Below are positions 13,726 to 26,555 of a DNA stretch of 64,000 nucleotides, one piece after another (positions within the stretch are counted from its first letter, which is position 1; every line of letters begins with the position of its first letter). Location of the stretch: contig OX597818.1 of assembly GCA_951406725.2 (NCBI GenBank), positions 17,918,001 to 17,982,000 on the forward strand, in the 5' to 3' direction. This DNA is from Octopus vulgaris. Its lineage: Eukaryota. The notes under the pieces were generated by a model. The model saw only the letters and a program-made list of their open reading frames with translations, ran no database searches and was not told where the DNA came from. The position numbers and the translations under genes are program-made.

Positions 13726-14627
13726 TGTGTGTGTGTCCATTCTATGTTTATTTGTTTCTATTTGCCTTCACATTGACCACATTTGAATAACGGTGATATT
13801 TGTTTGCATCATCTGCAAACAGCGTGTCCCATGGCTTGGCAGATTCAACGATTTTCATCATGTGACGACCAATGAAATACATAAAAAAATATCGTATTTG
13901 AAAAACAAATTAGTGTTGTAGACAGGAAAGGCAACCAGCTGTAGAATACTACCTCAATAAATTCGCCTGATCCATGCCAGCATAAAAACATGAACGTAAA
14001 AAGCAATGATAATGATTATATATATATTATTTCTAGTAATTTCTTCGAATGCCATAGAGGAGAGATTATCCTTCTATTGATTGTCTAAATTGTTATCTTA
14101 TGATTGACTACTGGTGTGCTGAAATTGTTGTATGTCTCTTTTTGGCTACAATAACAACAATAATGATATACAAAACATCAGATAATATTTCTGGGTGCAG
14201 AATTGACTAATGATATTAACCAATGATAAGAGCAAGACAAAGCAGAAAGAAAAAAAAAAACAATTCATGGAAGGAAATGTTGTAGTGATAATGATGATGA
14301 TGATTATGAAGATGATGATGATGATAGTAATAATAATAATGTTTACTTTATCAACCACTAAGAGATCACAAAAAGATGGAGGACGATACAACGCAGTGTT
14401 GGGTGTACTTATATGCATGAAAACAATGAAACAACAAAAACAAAGAAACAAAAAAATTAAAACAAGAAATAATTCCACTCCACCACCACCACCACTACCA
14501 AGAAAAAAGTGTCGAAGGTGGTAGGTGTGAGGACCTCAGGAAGTTGCTCGTAGAAACTCCACAAAACCAAGGGTGCTCTGACCATTACGGTAAATGCCCG
14601 CACTCTAACATCCTCCAATTTACAGCT

Positions 14628-14960
14628 TCGGTGTATGATTCTGTAGTTAGAGCATCAGGCTCACAATCATCAGGCAGTGAGTTCGATTCCCAGACCAGGC
14701 TGTGTGTTGTGTTCTTGAGCAACATACTTTATTTCATGTTGCTCCAGTTCACTCATTTGTAGAAATGAGTTGCAATGTCACTGGTGCCTAGCTGTATCAA
14801 CATTTGTCTTTCCCTTGGATAACATCGGTGATGTGGAGAGAGGGGAGACTGGTATGCATGGGTGACTGCTGGTCTTCCATAAACAACCTTGCCTGGACTT
14901 GTGCTTTGGAGGGTAACTTTCTAGGTGCAATTCCATGGTCATTCATGATCGAAGGGGGTG
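14628..14960 (+). mobile_element. tRNA-headed SINE (family D)
   Basis: Homologous to 39541-39885 (gagttcgattcccagacc...gtgttcttgagcaa...catgggtgactgctggtcttccataaacaacc). Confidence 0.85.
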
Positions 14961-15004
14961 GTTACTCAGAGTATACTACAAGCGCATACTCATTCATTCG
15001 GATC

Positions 15005-15490
15005 ATAGTATTGTTATGTAATGCATAGGGATGAGGGCAGCTGCATAAAGAAGTACCAATCTCTAACCATGGAGGGAACCTATGGAAGAGGTAGACCTAA
15101 GAAGACATGGGATGAGGTGGTAAAATATGATCTTTGGATGATGAATTTCAGGGATGTGACAACAAGTGACCGAGATCTTTGGAGATTTGCTGTACTTGAG
15201 AAGACACTTCAAGCTAAGGGAAATCATGGTCATGACCAGTGCCAGTGACTCATAAAAGACACCTGTACGAGTGATACATAAAATGCACCTATGCTGGTAA
15301 TACATAAAAGGCACCTGTACTGGTGACACACAATAGGCACCCGCTATAATTTGTGGAGTGGTTGGCATTAGGAAGGGTACCCAGTCATAGAAACCAAGCC
15401 AAAACAGACTGGAGCCTGGTGCAGCTCTAATGCTTACCAGCCTCAGTCAAACCATCTTACCCATGCTAGCATGGAAATGGATGCTAACAA

Positions 15491-15492
<2 letters not shown>
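15005..15492 (+). mobile_element. RTE 3' fragment (ORF end plus 3'UTR)
   Basis: ORF 15021-15248 (EGTYGRGRPKKTWDEVVK...DRDLWRFAV) matches 32074-32391. The family A UTR follows, then a long (TAA)n array. Confidence 0.85.
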
Positions 15493-15555
<63 letters not shown>

Positions 15556-15584
15556 TAATAATAATAATAATAATAATAATGATG

Positions 15585-15639
<55 letters not shown>

Positions 15640-15656
15640 TGATGATGATGATGATG

Positions 15657-15712
<56 letters not shown>
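15492..15712. repeat. (TAA)n/(TGA)n microsatellite
   Basis: Directly visible. Confidence 0.95.
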
Positions 15713-15904
15713 CCTTTCTGTTAAAGGCACAAATCCTAAAATTTTAGGGGAATGACTAAGGCTATAACATCAACTTCAGTTCTTAACTGATACTTATTTT
15801 ATTGACCCCCCAAAGAATGAATGGCAAAGTTAACCTCAGCAGAATTTGAACTCAGGATGCAAAGCTGGACTAAATGCCACTAAACATTTTGCTCAGCATG
15901 CTAA

Positions 15905-16095
15905 TGTGCACCAATCGAATAATTGTTGTCTTAGTTTTCCACAGTCACTTCATATTTCTAGCTAGGTTTTGATATTTCCCAGTTTTTTTTTCCATATCTT
16001 TAGTGTCAACTCTAATGATATAGAATTGCAAAATTCTATGATCATATCTGGTCTTCCTACTTCAATAGTATGGTCAGTCTTTATGGGTCCTATAA
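15905..16095 (-). mobile_element. R4/Dong-type RLE endonuclease fragment
   Basis: Minus strand reads IKTDHTIEVGRPDMI...RVDTKDMEK...KYQNLARNMK*LWKTKTTII. Confidence 0.65.
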
Positions 16096-16314
16096 GATCC
16101 TGTAATTCTTATTCTCTATCACAGCCTCTGGTTCATGTTCATACCACATCCTTGTTATTTCAAAGCCAAACACTCAGCTAACATCCCAATATACTCTTTT
16201 ACCTACAGAGACATAACAGTGTTTATACTCTTTTTGTGCTAGTTTACAGCACTCACTCAAGAAATGATTGATACGTTCATCCCCATTTCTCCAGGTTCTA
16301 CATTAGCTATCTGA

Positions 16315-19155
16315 ATTTTGTTGATGTGATGAAAACTCACAGCTTATTTTGCTGAGTATGATGGAAAGTGTCAGCTGTTCACAGCCAGTAGACTAAGGTG
16401 ACATTTGTTTACTGGTCATGCTTCAAGAACCTGCAAAGAATTCTTGCAGTTCCAAGCAATACTGAGTTTTGTAGGTTTTTACCTTCACACTTGCACCAAT
16501 CTTTTTTAGCCATGTTGGTAGCTGAGTGCTGATACTTCCAAGTGCACCAATTACTATTGGTATCACATCTCCTCTCCTCATTGACCACAACCCTCGTATT
16601 TCCCATTTCAAATCATCATAGTTGTTTATTTTTTCTTCTTCTTTCACATTGATCCTGTTGCCACCAGGACAAGCTATGTTGATTATCATGCATGTTCTTT
16701 CTTTTTATTCACCACAGGATTTTGTAATTCTCATTCTTGGTGACTTCTTCTGAAGTTTGCTCATACCAAATCTTTGCTTTTTGTAGGTTATGATTTCCAT
16801 AGAACTCCCAAAGGATCATTCTTGCCACATTGTTATAGTATCCTTTATATTCACATTGTGCCAATTTCGAGCACTTGCTAATGATGTGCCATACCATTTC
16901 ACCCCTCTCATCTCACATTCTGCATTTGTTGCTGTCGGTAGTGTTGTCTATTCTGCACTTCAAATAGTTGGTCCCTAACACTTGTTCTTGAGCTGTGCAT
17001 ATGAGTATTTCTGTCTCTATCTTCAGGTCACTCCTCCTCATCCATAGCCACTGGCCCTCTGTATCTATCTTCATGTTCACATCTCTTGCAAACTGACTGT
17101 ACATTTGTTTTGCCTTCCATACTTTTTCTTTTCTGTGTTCATTTCTTGTTTAAATTTTTCTTTCATTACCCAATTTTCAGTTTTGATGACACTGGTCTTC
17201 TTCATATGTTTCAACAATGGCTCCACGGTATTTTTTACATACCACCTTAAGCTGTTTTCCTCTGCTTTGATACAGTCCTGGTAACAGATCAAACCTCTCC
17301 CATCCTTTCTTCTGGACAAGTACATTCTATCAGTGTTACTCTTAAGGCAGAAGGCTCCACGTAGTGTCAACATTTTTCTAGTCTTGGTATCCATTTTCAC
17401 CATTTTTCTTTCTTGCCATTTTATAATTCCCACTCCATACTGAAGAGATACTATCGCCCATGTATTAACTGCTTGGATTCTATTCTATCCAGTCAGTTTT
17501 GAGTGCAACACCAACCTTTATCTTCAGAAATACTCTGTCATCAGTTTCTCTTTCCTTTTCTTCTCCATTATCTCACTGGAATCTAGTACACCAAGGTATT
17601 TGTAGCCTTCTGTTTCAATTTGTTTAATCAAGTCTCTGTTTGGTAATTCTATCTCTGCTAGGGACTGTACCTTGCCTCTTTTTAGGTAGATCATTCCACA
17701 CTTCTTTAGTCCAAATTCCATTCCAATATCAGTACTAAAACAGTGGACTGTGTTCACCAAGGAACTCACTTGAGCTTCATCCTTGCCATGCAGTTTCAAA
17801 TCATCCACGAAGAGGAGGTGGTTGATTGTTTGGGATTTTCCCTTTAGTTGGTACCCCAGGTTCATTTTCCTAAGTACCAAGGTCAGGGGTATTATGCAGA
17901 GAACAAAAAGCAATGGAGATAAGCTATCACCTTGGAAAATCCTTCTTCTGATACTCAGGGTGCCCAAGCTTTTTCCATAAGATGTCATGTCAATTTCTCA
18001 CCCCACCATACTTCTCTCCATTCCTCCATACGTTACATTCCTCACAATTCCAAACAGATCTATACTCTTGTACTCTTGATAAAATCTTTTTTGGTCAGTT
18101 CTAAACAATTTGTTTTGCCAGCATTGCTTAATACATTGTTCAAATCTAGTTAGGCACTGCTTTAGTTCTTCAATTACAACATTCAGGCCTTTTGTACCTA
18201 CACCATATTTCTTCCTACATTTTTTGAATTTAAATACATTCTTAAGTTCTCCATTTTTTTCCTGATGAGTATTGACACTACACTATTCAAGGAGTTTATA
18301 TCTTCTGAAATTCCCCATTTCCACCACAGTTGTTTATTTCCTCCTCTATCCATCACTGTCCTGTTCTCAGTAGTCCTCAATCCCATCCTTTCTGCCACAA
18401 TCCTACCAGCAGCCTTGATAAGATTATTTGTGTGTGTGATGTCCTTTGTTTCAATGTGTCTCAATACATTATTAAATGTACTCATCTCTTGATTAGCACA
18501 TAAATTCTGCCCCTTCTGTATTTAATAGATCCCAAATCCTGTCTATTATTAATCGATCTTCATTGTTTGGGTAGTCACTGATCTCAATTCTTTCACAGTT
18601 CATGGTAGTATATTCTTGCGAACAATTGTCCATCTCTTCCACTATACCACTTTCGTTTCTTGCATGCCCAGCATTACCCAATATCCTTCTTTTAATAGCT
18701 TCTAGCTCCAATTCTGTAAGCCATCCATTCTTTTGTGTTGCTCTTGCTTGGTCACATAATCTCTGTATTGTGCATTTGTTTTCTGTACCTTCTGACAGGT
18801 ACGCCATTTGCATCTGCTGAGATGTTCCAGTGGTAACACTCCATATTTAGTTGTTTACCCTACTTATGTCTTGTAGCATGGCTAGCAGTGGCTGGATTAT
18901 GACTGGGTCCACCCTGCTGCACAGTGGGACACCTGCTGGGTGTGGCACCTTCGCTATTGGTTTCAGTCCTATTCACACCATTATCATCAATTTTTTGCTT
19001 AATATTTTCACTCACAAATGAAGTGTGCTTTTAGGTTACTACTGACAGGTATTTTTATCGAGACACCATCTTTATCAAGGTAGACCACCCAGGCAACAGT
19101 GGCCTTGCTTCTCTGGTCTTGAATTCAGAGTGGCTCTTCTCCAAGGCTGTGTGCC
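16315..19155 (-). mobile_element. R4/Dong-clade non-LTR retrotransposon (RT, CCHC, RLE), internally deleted and decayed
   Basis: IFQGDSLSPLLF and HLLFVDDLKL (RT); RMYLSRRKDGRGL; AQEQVL...KCRM...HIISKC (zinc knuckle); KEEEKINNY...IPIVIGALG...LLGTARIL (RLE); N-terminal QRLCDQARA...GWLTELELE. The early RT motifs are missing near 18000-18200. The probable 5' end abuts (CAT)n at ~19155. Confidence 0.85.
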
Positions 19156-19209
19156 ATCATCATCATCAACATCATTATTATTGTTGTTGTTGTTATTATT
19201 ATTACAAAA

Positions 19210-19399
19210 TACTTAGTGGCATGTTGTCAGTCTGTATGCTTAGAGTTCAAATTTTGCTGAGGTTAACTTTGCTTTCCATTCTTTCAGAGTCGATAAATCA
19301 AGTACCAGTTGAGTACTGAGGTCAATGTAATCCACTAGCTCCATCCCCAAGAATTCCATGCTTAGTGCCTATAATATATAGGATTATTATTATTATTGA

Positions 19400-19460
<61 letters not shown>

Positions 19461-19636
19461 TTGTTAGCATCCATTTCCATGCTGTCAAATATTAGGGTAG
19501 ATATAATTGACTTCTCCCTCCCTTCGAAAACTGCTGGCCCTGAGTCAAAGTTTGAGACAATTATTATCATTATTATCATTATTATTATTATTATTATTAC
19601 TATTATTATTATTATTATTATTATTGATATTATTAA

Positions 19637-19678
<42 letters not shown>

Positions 19679-20120
19679 GCTGGCAGAATTGTTAGCATGC
19701 CGGGCAAAATGCTTAGCAGCATTTTGTTTGTCTTTACATTCTGAGTTCAAATTCCACCAAGGTTGACTTTGTCTTTTATTTTCGTGGGGTCAATAAATAA
19801 GTACCAACTAAACACTGGAGCTGATGTAATTGACTTTCTTTCTTCCCTAGAATTGCTGGTCTTGTGCCAAAATTTGAAACCATCATTATTATTGTTATCA
19901 ATATTATGAAGACACTGAGCTGGTAGAACCATTAGCAAATTTAACAAAATACTTAACAGTATTTCTTCTGGGTTCATGTCTGAGTTCAAATTTCATTGAG
20001 GCTAACATTGCCTTTCATCCTTTAGGGTTGATAAAATAAATGCCAGTTAAGCACTAGGGTCCATACAAATGACTTACCCCTGCCCTTAAAATTGTTGTCC
20101 TTATGCTAAAATTTGAAACT
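19210..20120 (+). mobile_element. cluster of three family B SINEs separated by (ATT)n arrays
   Basis: Repeated gagttcaaatt...tttcatcc...gtaccagtt...ccttgtgccaaaatttgaaac units at ~19210-19375, 19677-19885 and 19915-20120. Confidence 0.8.
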
Positions 20121-20171
20121 TTTATTATTATTATTACTATTATTATTATTATTATTACTATTGTTATTGTT

Positions 20172-20714
20172 AAGTGCATGCCATCAAAGTGACACTGGGA
20201 TAAAGTATATGAAGCCCAGTATACCCATCATGATTACCCATCTGATAAGGGTACACCAGCTACATGCATTACAATCATATGTGCACAACATAGTTATCTC
20301 ATATCAAGATAAACAGTGCATGACCTTGCAGGTGGGGACCAGTTAGAATTTTCTTCAGATCAAGTAGCTTATCCCACTCAAAAGGTTCCTGAATAAGGGT
20401 TGTTTAAGGATGATGAACAAAGCACCCGTGTTTCCAATGGTGAATTATCCAAACCCCAAAGAATTCCTCTCAACAAATAGCTATGATGCTCCCCTACTAC
20501 TTCTGCTTGTGATCAGAGATTCACATATCATCAGCCACCAAGGGACATGCTCAACTGGTTAAGGTCAAGCACCTGCAAGCAAATCTGTGGTATTGAGTAG
20601 AATATTTGCTGTAGCCCATCTTTTATACCAAGACAAAACAATGTACATGATAATACTTCCAGTCACTTAAGATCAGAAGCCATGTGAGCCAGTGCCTGGT
20701 ACTGCATCAAGGCA

Positions 20715-20715
<1 letters not shown>
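20172..20715 (+). mobile_element. unclassified ~555-bp element (family E)
   Basis: Colinear with 22532-23087 and flanked by (ATT)n on both sides. Confidence 0.85.
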
Positions 20716-20754
<39 letters not shown>

Positions 20755-20989
20755 ATTAATATTATTATTATTTAAGGTGGTGAACTGGTAGCATCATTAG
20801 CATACCAGGCAAAATGCTTAGTAGCATTTCATCTGTCTTTACATTCTGAGTTCAAATTCCGTCAAGGATGAAATTGCTGTTTATCCTTTCAGGATTGATA
20901 AAATAAGTGCCAGCTAAGTACTTATCCCCTCCTCCAAAATTATTGGCCTTGTGCCAAAATTTGAAAGCATCATCATCATCATCATTATT

Positions 20990-22270
20990 GTAATTCAGGT
21001 TTTGTAAGAACTCCTGGAGTTTTGCATGCATAGTGGGCTTGCAACATGTTATCTGTTCTTTTCAACAATCTAATACTTTCCTGATTATTCTGGCCACTCT
21101 GTAGACATTTCCTTTATATTCCTCTTGATATCTTCTGATACTGTTCCCAAGGCCCAACAAGAATTGGCACTACCTTCACCTTCTTCATTTTCCACAGTTG
21201 AGCTATCTTATATTTAAGAGGTTTGTATATGTCTACTTTTTCATTTTCCTTCTTGACTATTCATGTATCAAAAGGACACAGAATATCAATTCAAGAGCAC
21301 ATGTGCTTCACCTTGTCCACCACCACTAGGCCCAGCTTGTTGTGCTCTAGCACCTGGTCTATTTGGATGGGGAAATTCCACAGAACTTTGCAGGTCTCTA
21401 ACTCCACCACTCTCTGTGGTTTGTGCCCATAACCTGTCTTGCCTCTCTCTAGCCTTCACTCTTTACAAAGTTTCCAATGCAACACTTCTGCTACCTCATC
21501 ATGTCACCACAAATTATATTGGTTTTGGTGAAATTTAAGGCATTCGTTCGCAAAAAGGGCAAAAGTTTCATCAACCCTACTACAGATTTGGCACAGTGGA
21601 AACACTTGCTCATTTCTAGGGTTAACCCTCCAATATGTAGCCAAAGTTTGGTCTCGTGCTGCTAGTAGTGTGATCTCAATCTCTTTTTTCAGTGTTTCCT
21701 TCTTCAACCAGTCGTATTTTTTTCCAGCAACATCAGTCATGGCTACATGGAATTGATTGTGTATCCCTTGTTACGTAGTGCTTCTTCACGTCCTTCTTGT
21801 TTTGTTCTTTTCTTTTTTCCTGATTTCAATCTGCCCTCATCTCTAACTGCCCCTAGCAAAGTTTCATCACTTTGGGATAGGTACCACAGCAGGTTCCCAA
21901 GTTCAATATGCACTCAGCCTTCCACACCTATCAGTCCCTTTCCACTACTTGCTCTCTTCATCTATCAGTGATTAGTGTCCACAAGTGGATGATGACCTCA
22001 ATGCCTTGTTAGGGGCTTTCTTGCCTTACTGTCCAACTCCTTTAGTTCATCCTCTGCCTTTCATAATTCCAGTGCCATACCAAACCTCTGTGATTGTGCA
22101 TGAGTTAATTGCCAAAATTAGGTTTCTGGCTTCCAGCCATGAGTATCACTGCAGATACTCTTTCATTGTCTTTTCTTTCTTATTATTATGCTTAATGCTA
22201 TTGGCCCTTAAGTATTCCCAGGTACTTATAACTGGATTCAGGTTCAACTGCCCTCATCATTTCACCATTT
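20990..22270 (-). mobile_element. R4/Dong-type LINE 3' fragment, decayed
   Basis: Minus strand reads WLKKETLKKEIEITLLAARDQTLAT...PLCQIC...ECLK, plus YKYLG upstream and RLE-like residues downstream. Confidence 0.75.
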
Positions 22271-22480
22271 GGCATTAGGTTTAAGGTGGCAAGCTGGTAG
22301 AATCGTTAACATGTCAGGCATTTCATCCATCTTTACATTCTGAGTTCAAATTCTGTCAAGGTCGACTTTACCTTTCTTATTATCAAGGTCAATAAATTAA
22401 ATACCAGTGCGACACTGGGGTTGATGTAATCAACTAGTCCCCTCCCCAAAATTTCAGGCCTTGTGCCTTTAGTAGAAAGG

Positions 22481-22531
<51 letters not shown>

Positions 22532-23087
22532 GAGTGAGAGAGCAGTTCATGCCATCAAAGTGACACTGGGGTAAAATATACGAACCCCAATATACCCATC
22601 ATGACTACCCGTCTGATAAAGGTACACCAGGCACATGCATCACAACCATATGTGCACGACATGGTGATCTCATATCAAGGTAAACGGCGCATGACCTTGC
22701 AGGTGGGGCCCAGTTAGAATTTTCTTCAGGTCGAGTAGCCCATCCCGCTCAAAAGGTCCCTGAATAAGGGTTGTTTAAGGATGTTGAAAGAACCACCCAT
22801 GTTTCCAGAGGTGAATTATTCAAACCCCAAAGAATCCCTCTCAACACATGGCTATGATGCTCCCCCACTACTTCTGTTCGTGATCAGAGATGCACATATC
22901 GTCAGCCACTAAGGGACATGCTCAACTGGTTAAGGTCAAACAACTGACAAGCAAATCTGTGGTATTGAGCAGAATATTTGCTGTAGCCCATCTTTTATAC
23001 CAAGACAAAACAATGTACATGATGACACTTCCAATCAGTTAAGATCAGAAGCCATGAGAGTCACTGCCTGGTACTGCATCAGGGCAT
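22532..23087 (+). mobile_element. unclassified ~555-bp element (family E), best copy
   Basis: gagtgagagagcagttcatgccatcaaagtgacactgggg...gcctggtactgcatcagggcat. Three copies occur in the window. This copy has (ATT)n on both flanks. No ORF, TIR or tRNA head was seen; the true strand is unknown. Confidence 0.85.
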
Positions 23088-23141
23088 TTATTATTATTAT
23101 TATTATTATAATTATTATAACGATTCTGCCAGCTCGTCACT

Positions 23142-23174
<33 letters not shown>

Positions 23175-23244
23175 GTTGTTGTTGTTGTTGTTCTTGTTAT
23201 TATTATTATTATTATTATTATAATGATTCTGCCAGCTCGTCACC

Positions 23245-23303
<59 letters not shown>

Positions 23304-23871
23304 AATAATAGTTGTTGTTGTTGTTGTCTTGTTATTATTATTATTATTAATGATGATGATGAAATGTAATTCAGTTGCTGACTATTTCATTTACTAGAAG
23401 TTCCCACACATTATCTGGATTCAACTTAGCTAAAAAAATATACACAGTGGAATGTATAAAAGAAAATGATATGATATTCCAATGGATATGTTATATATTA
23501 GTATTATATTTTTGTGGTCTGTTAGGGTCTCAGTGAAATTAAATGAAGTCTTTTAATGAAAAAAATCTAAATGTTTTGGAAGATGCCCTTAGATAAGTAT
23601 TGGAATCAGTCTAATCAACCATATTCTCCCACAAGGTTAAACGGTAAAATCCTAGAAAACTAATGATAATCTGTCAGGAGATATAAAAAAAAAATTCACA
23701 ATGTTGAATTATTTTTCCATGAAATAGAAGTGCAATATTTCAAGCATGTTGAAGAGAAGTGCAATGCTTCTCCTTCAAAATGTATAGTGTGGCCTTGTAT
23801 CTCAAGCAGAAATGGCAAAGCATGAAACAAAAGCTGTATAGCTTTTTAGTTGCTGTAATTGATCATGTCCA

Positions 23872-24058
23872 GTAAGTTCACCACCATCAATTCACTGCAG
23901 GGAAAAGTTCTCTGTCATCAATTCACATTTTTTTTCCGATAAAATAGTTTTTAACTGTTAATAGTGAGATACTATGGATATATTTACTCAGTAAACTCTC
24001 CTCGCAATGAACTTTCCTCACAGTGTACTTCACAGTGAATTGATGGTGGTGAACTTAC
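23872..24058. mobile_element. MITE-like element with 26-bp perfect terminal inverted repeats
   Basis: gtaagttcaccaccatcaattcactg ... cagtgaattgatggtggtgaacttac, with additional inner aaagttc/gaacttt symmetry. Confidence 0.75.
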
Positions 24059-24849
24059 CTGTAATTGCAATTAGTAACCAAGGATTCAAGATGCAAAATA
24101 TGATATTTTGTAGAGCATGTTATATTTTAACATGATGGTGTTGCTTAACCCTGGGACATACTGCATAGGTAGGTTAGGCAAACAGTGCCTACTAAGGGTA
24201 AAAGCAGAAAAATTTATTATGTATAAAAACCGGTTTGGGCAAGGAAAATATGGAAGCTTAAAGGCCTATCAAACAGTCAAAAATTTAAAGAAATTCTAGT
24301 AGAAGAATTTGATGCAAAGGCAGAATAAAATTCAAACTTATTCATAGAAGACGATTCGGAGACTCTACAGGACAACCTACTGAGGGTCTATGGTCCAAAA
24401 CCGTGGTTAGTGGAAAAACCCAGCCAGAGAGAAGGTATTTGGGGTGGAAGAGTGAGGAAGACCAAGACATAAAAGCAAAAGACAGCTAAGAAAGGCAAAG
24501 GAAAAAGGGACAGCAGAAAATTACATCAAAAAGCTAGATGAACTTACTAAAGAGGAAAGCGGAATTAAGATTTATGTGTATATTTTCTTTTTGATGTTTA
24601 CTAACATCATGCATTTTAGTTTTCTTACTTGGTATTCTGTGAGTCCTAACTGCTAGGACTCACAGAATTAAGATGTTTGCAAATTTTCTATGGCATGAGG
24701 ATCAGAGGGAGCATATTTGGGTTTTTTTAGGCATTGAAGTGCTATTATGAGGGGTTGTTAAATGTAGAGAATGCATGAGAGAAAGGTCTGCCAAGTATGA
24801 TCCCAACAGAGGGACCTGTCATTCAAGTTTACAGAAATATGATAGATAA

Positions 24850-25990
24850 AGTAATATATATGAAGGCAGGGAAGATTCCTGATCCATTAAGAATAACCAA
24901 AGATGCTTCAGGTAGATGAGAGTGACATTCAGCTTTGTACCAGGAAATCCCACTGATTCCATCATTCTATGGAGACAATTACTGAAGACATACATAGCTA
25001 GGATGAACCACTGTAGTTAGCATTTGTTAACCTGGAGCAAAACCTTCAGCAAAGTCCCTTTCTTGAGCGGTCACCAAGGAAGCTAAGGGTAGATGAAAGA
25101 TGAACAGCTGGTGACAACCTGTTCAGAGGCAAGGTGAGAATTAGCAATGAGTACAGTAATGGATTTCATATGCAGCTAGAGGTCCACCAAGGCTCAGTTC
25201 TCAGTCTCTTCCCATTTCCAAAATCTTCTTGGCCAAAGCAGAGGAGTTTAAAACAGGCTATCTGTGGGAACTTCTAGATGTTAATAACCTACTTTTTATA
25301 ACTGAATCTGCTGTAGAATTATAGAAAAATTTCAAGACATGGCAACAAAATCTCCACACAAGCGCACAAGAGGTTTCAAAGTAAATTTAGCAATAACCAA
25401 AATATTAGAGAGTAGGAAAATGGGCAAAATAGGCAGGATCTTACTATCATCAGGGAAATGGCATTCCCTGAAATGCAGAAAAAGAGTAAGTAGGAATTCC
25501 ATATGGTGTTCAGTGTGGACTACAGACACAGGTAGGCTAATGGTGAAAGTAAACTTTGCTGTAGCAGATACACAAGGACAACAAATACTAAAAGTGCATG
25601 TGAAATAGACTTTCTTAGTTGTCTAGAAGGCTCCTAAGAAGTTGTCAGTGGCTTCTGTTATGTAGGTGGCCTAATTAGGAGTGGAGGTGGGTGTTCCAAC
25701 TTGAGAGTAGCCAGAGTAAGGACAGGTTGGAGACAAGATTACCTCTGTTGGTAACAAAAAAATTTCTCTTTCAGAGTAAATGGCAGGTTGTATGATGCTT
25801 TTGTACTAACTGCAGTGCTTTATGGTATTGAGAGATGGATCCCAAATGTAGAAGAACTGCAAAGGTTAGAAATAAATGATGCAATGTCAGTCCCCGTGAA
25901 CGAACAAGTCACAAAGGAGTTGATAAAAAAAATGGGTATAAGAGGAATCACATGTATTGTACAAGAGAGAGACATACAATAGTAGAGATG
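24850..25990 (+). mobile_element. RTE LINE RT fragment, highly decayed (related to 31.5-34.4 kb)
   Basis: EVHQGSVLS, LWELL, FKVNLAITKIL, SGKW...RNSIWCSV, GRLYDAFVLTAVLYGIERW and GIRGITCIVQER. Confidence 0.8.
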
Positions 25991-26104
25991 CAGTGGTAGA
26001 TATAGTAAATGGTTGACAAATGTGGTGGGCAGATATGAGAAGCTGTTGCAGACATGACAGGGTGATGAGAATGATGACAGTGAGAGGTTGTCAAAGATGT
26101 AATG

Positions 26105-26555
26105 TAAGTTAAGTTAAGTTAAATTTTTGGCTCAAAAAGCAAAAAGCAAGGCCATGTAGGGGGACATGGAGTTATGTACAGGGAGGGTGTTCATACAAAG
26201 AGTTCAGGCCATTTCTGGTCAAGAGAGACTTTGAACCGAGCGGTCGTCAGCATCTTCACTATCTCGTCCGGTAGCTTATTCCACGGATCCACAACCCGGA
26301 CGGAGAAAGCCCCTCTCGCCGCAGATAGAGCTTTTCGGAGTGACCCCCGCAGCCGACGCTCTGGAGCAGGAGTGAAGAACAGCTCTTTCAAGAGGTTACA
26401 CTTTCTGTTTATGATGTTGTGAGCAAGAATGAGATCACCATGGCGCCGTCGTTTTTCTAGAGAAAAAAGGTCGAGCGTCTTCAGCCTTTTTTCATAAGAC
26501 AAATGCTTGAGACCAAGAACCAAGCGGGTAGCCAGCATCTGGACTCTTTCGAGAG
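26105..26555 (-). mobile_element. CR1-type LINE 3' end with (TAACT)n tail
   Basis: ORF 26191-26538 reads ATRLVLGLKHLSYEKRLKTLDLFSLEKRRRHGDLI...FSVRVVDPWNKLPDEIV...FKVSLD; the tail is gtaagttaagttaagttaa on the plus strand. Confidence 0.85.
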
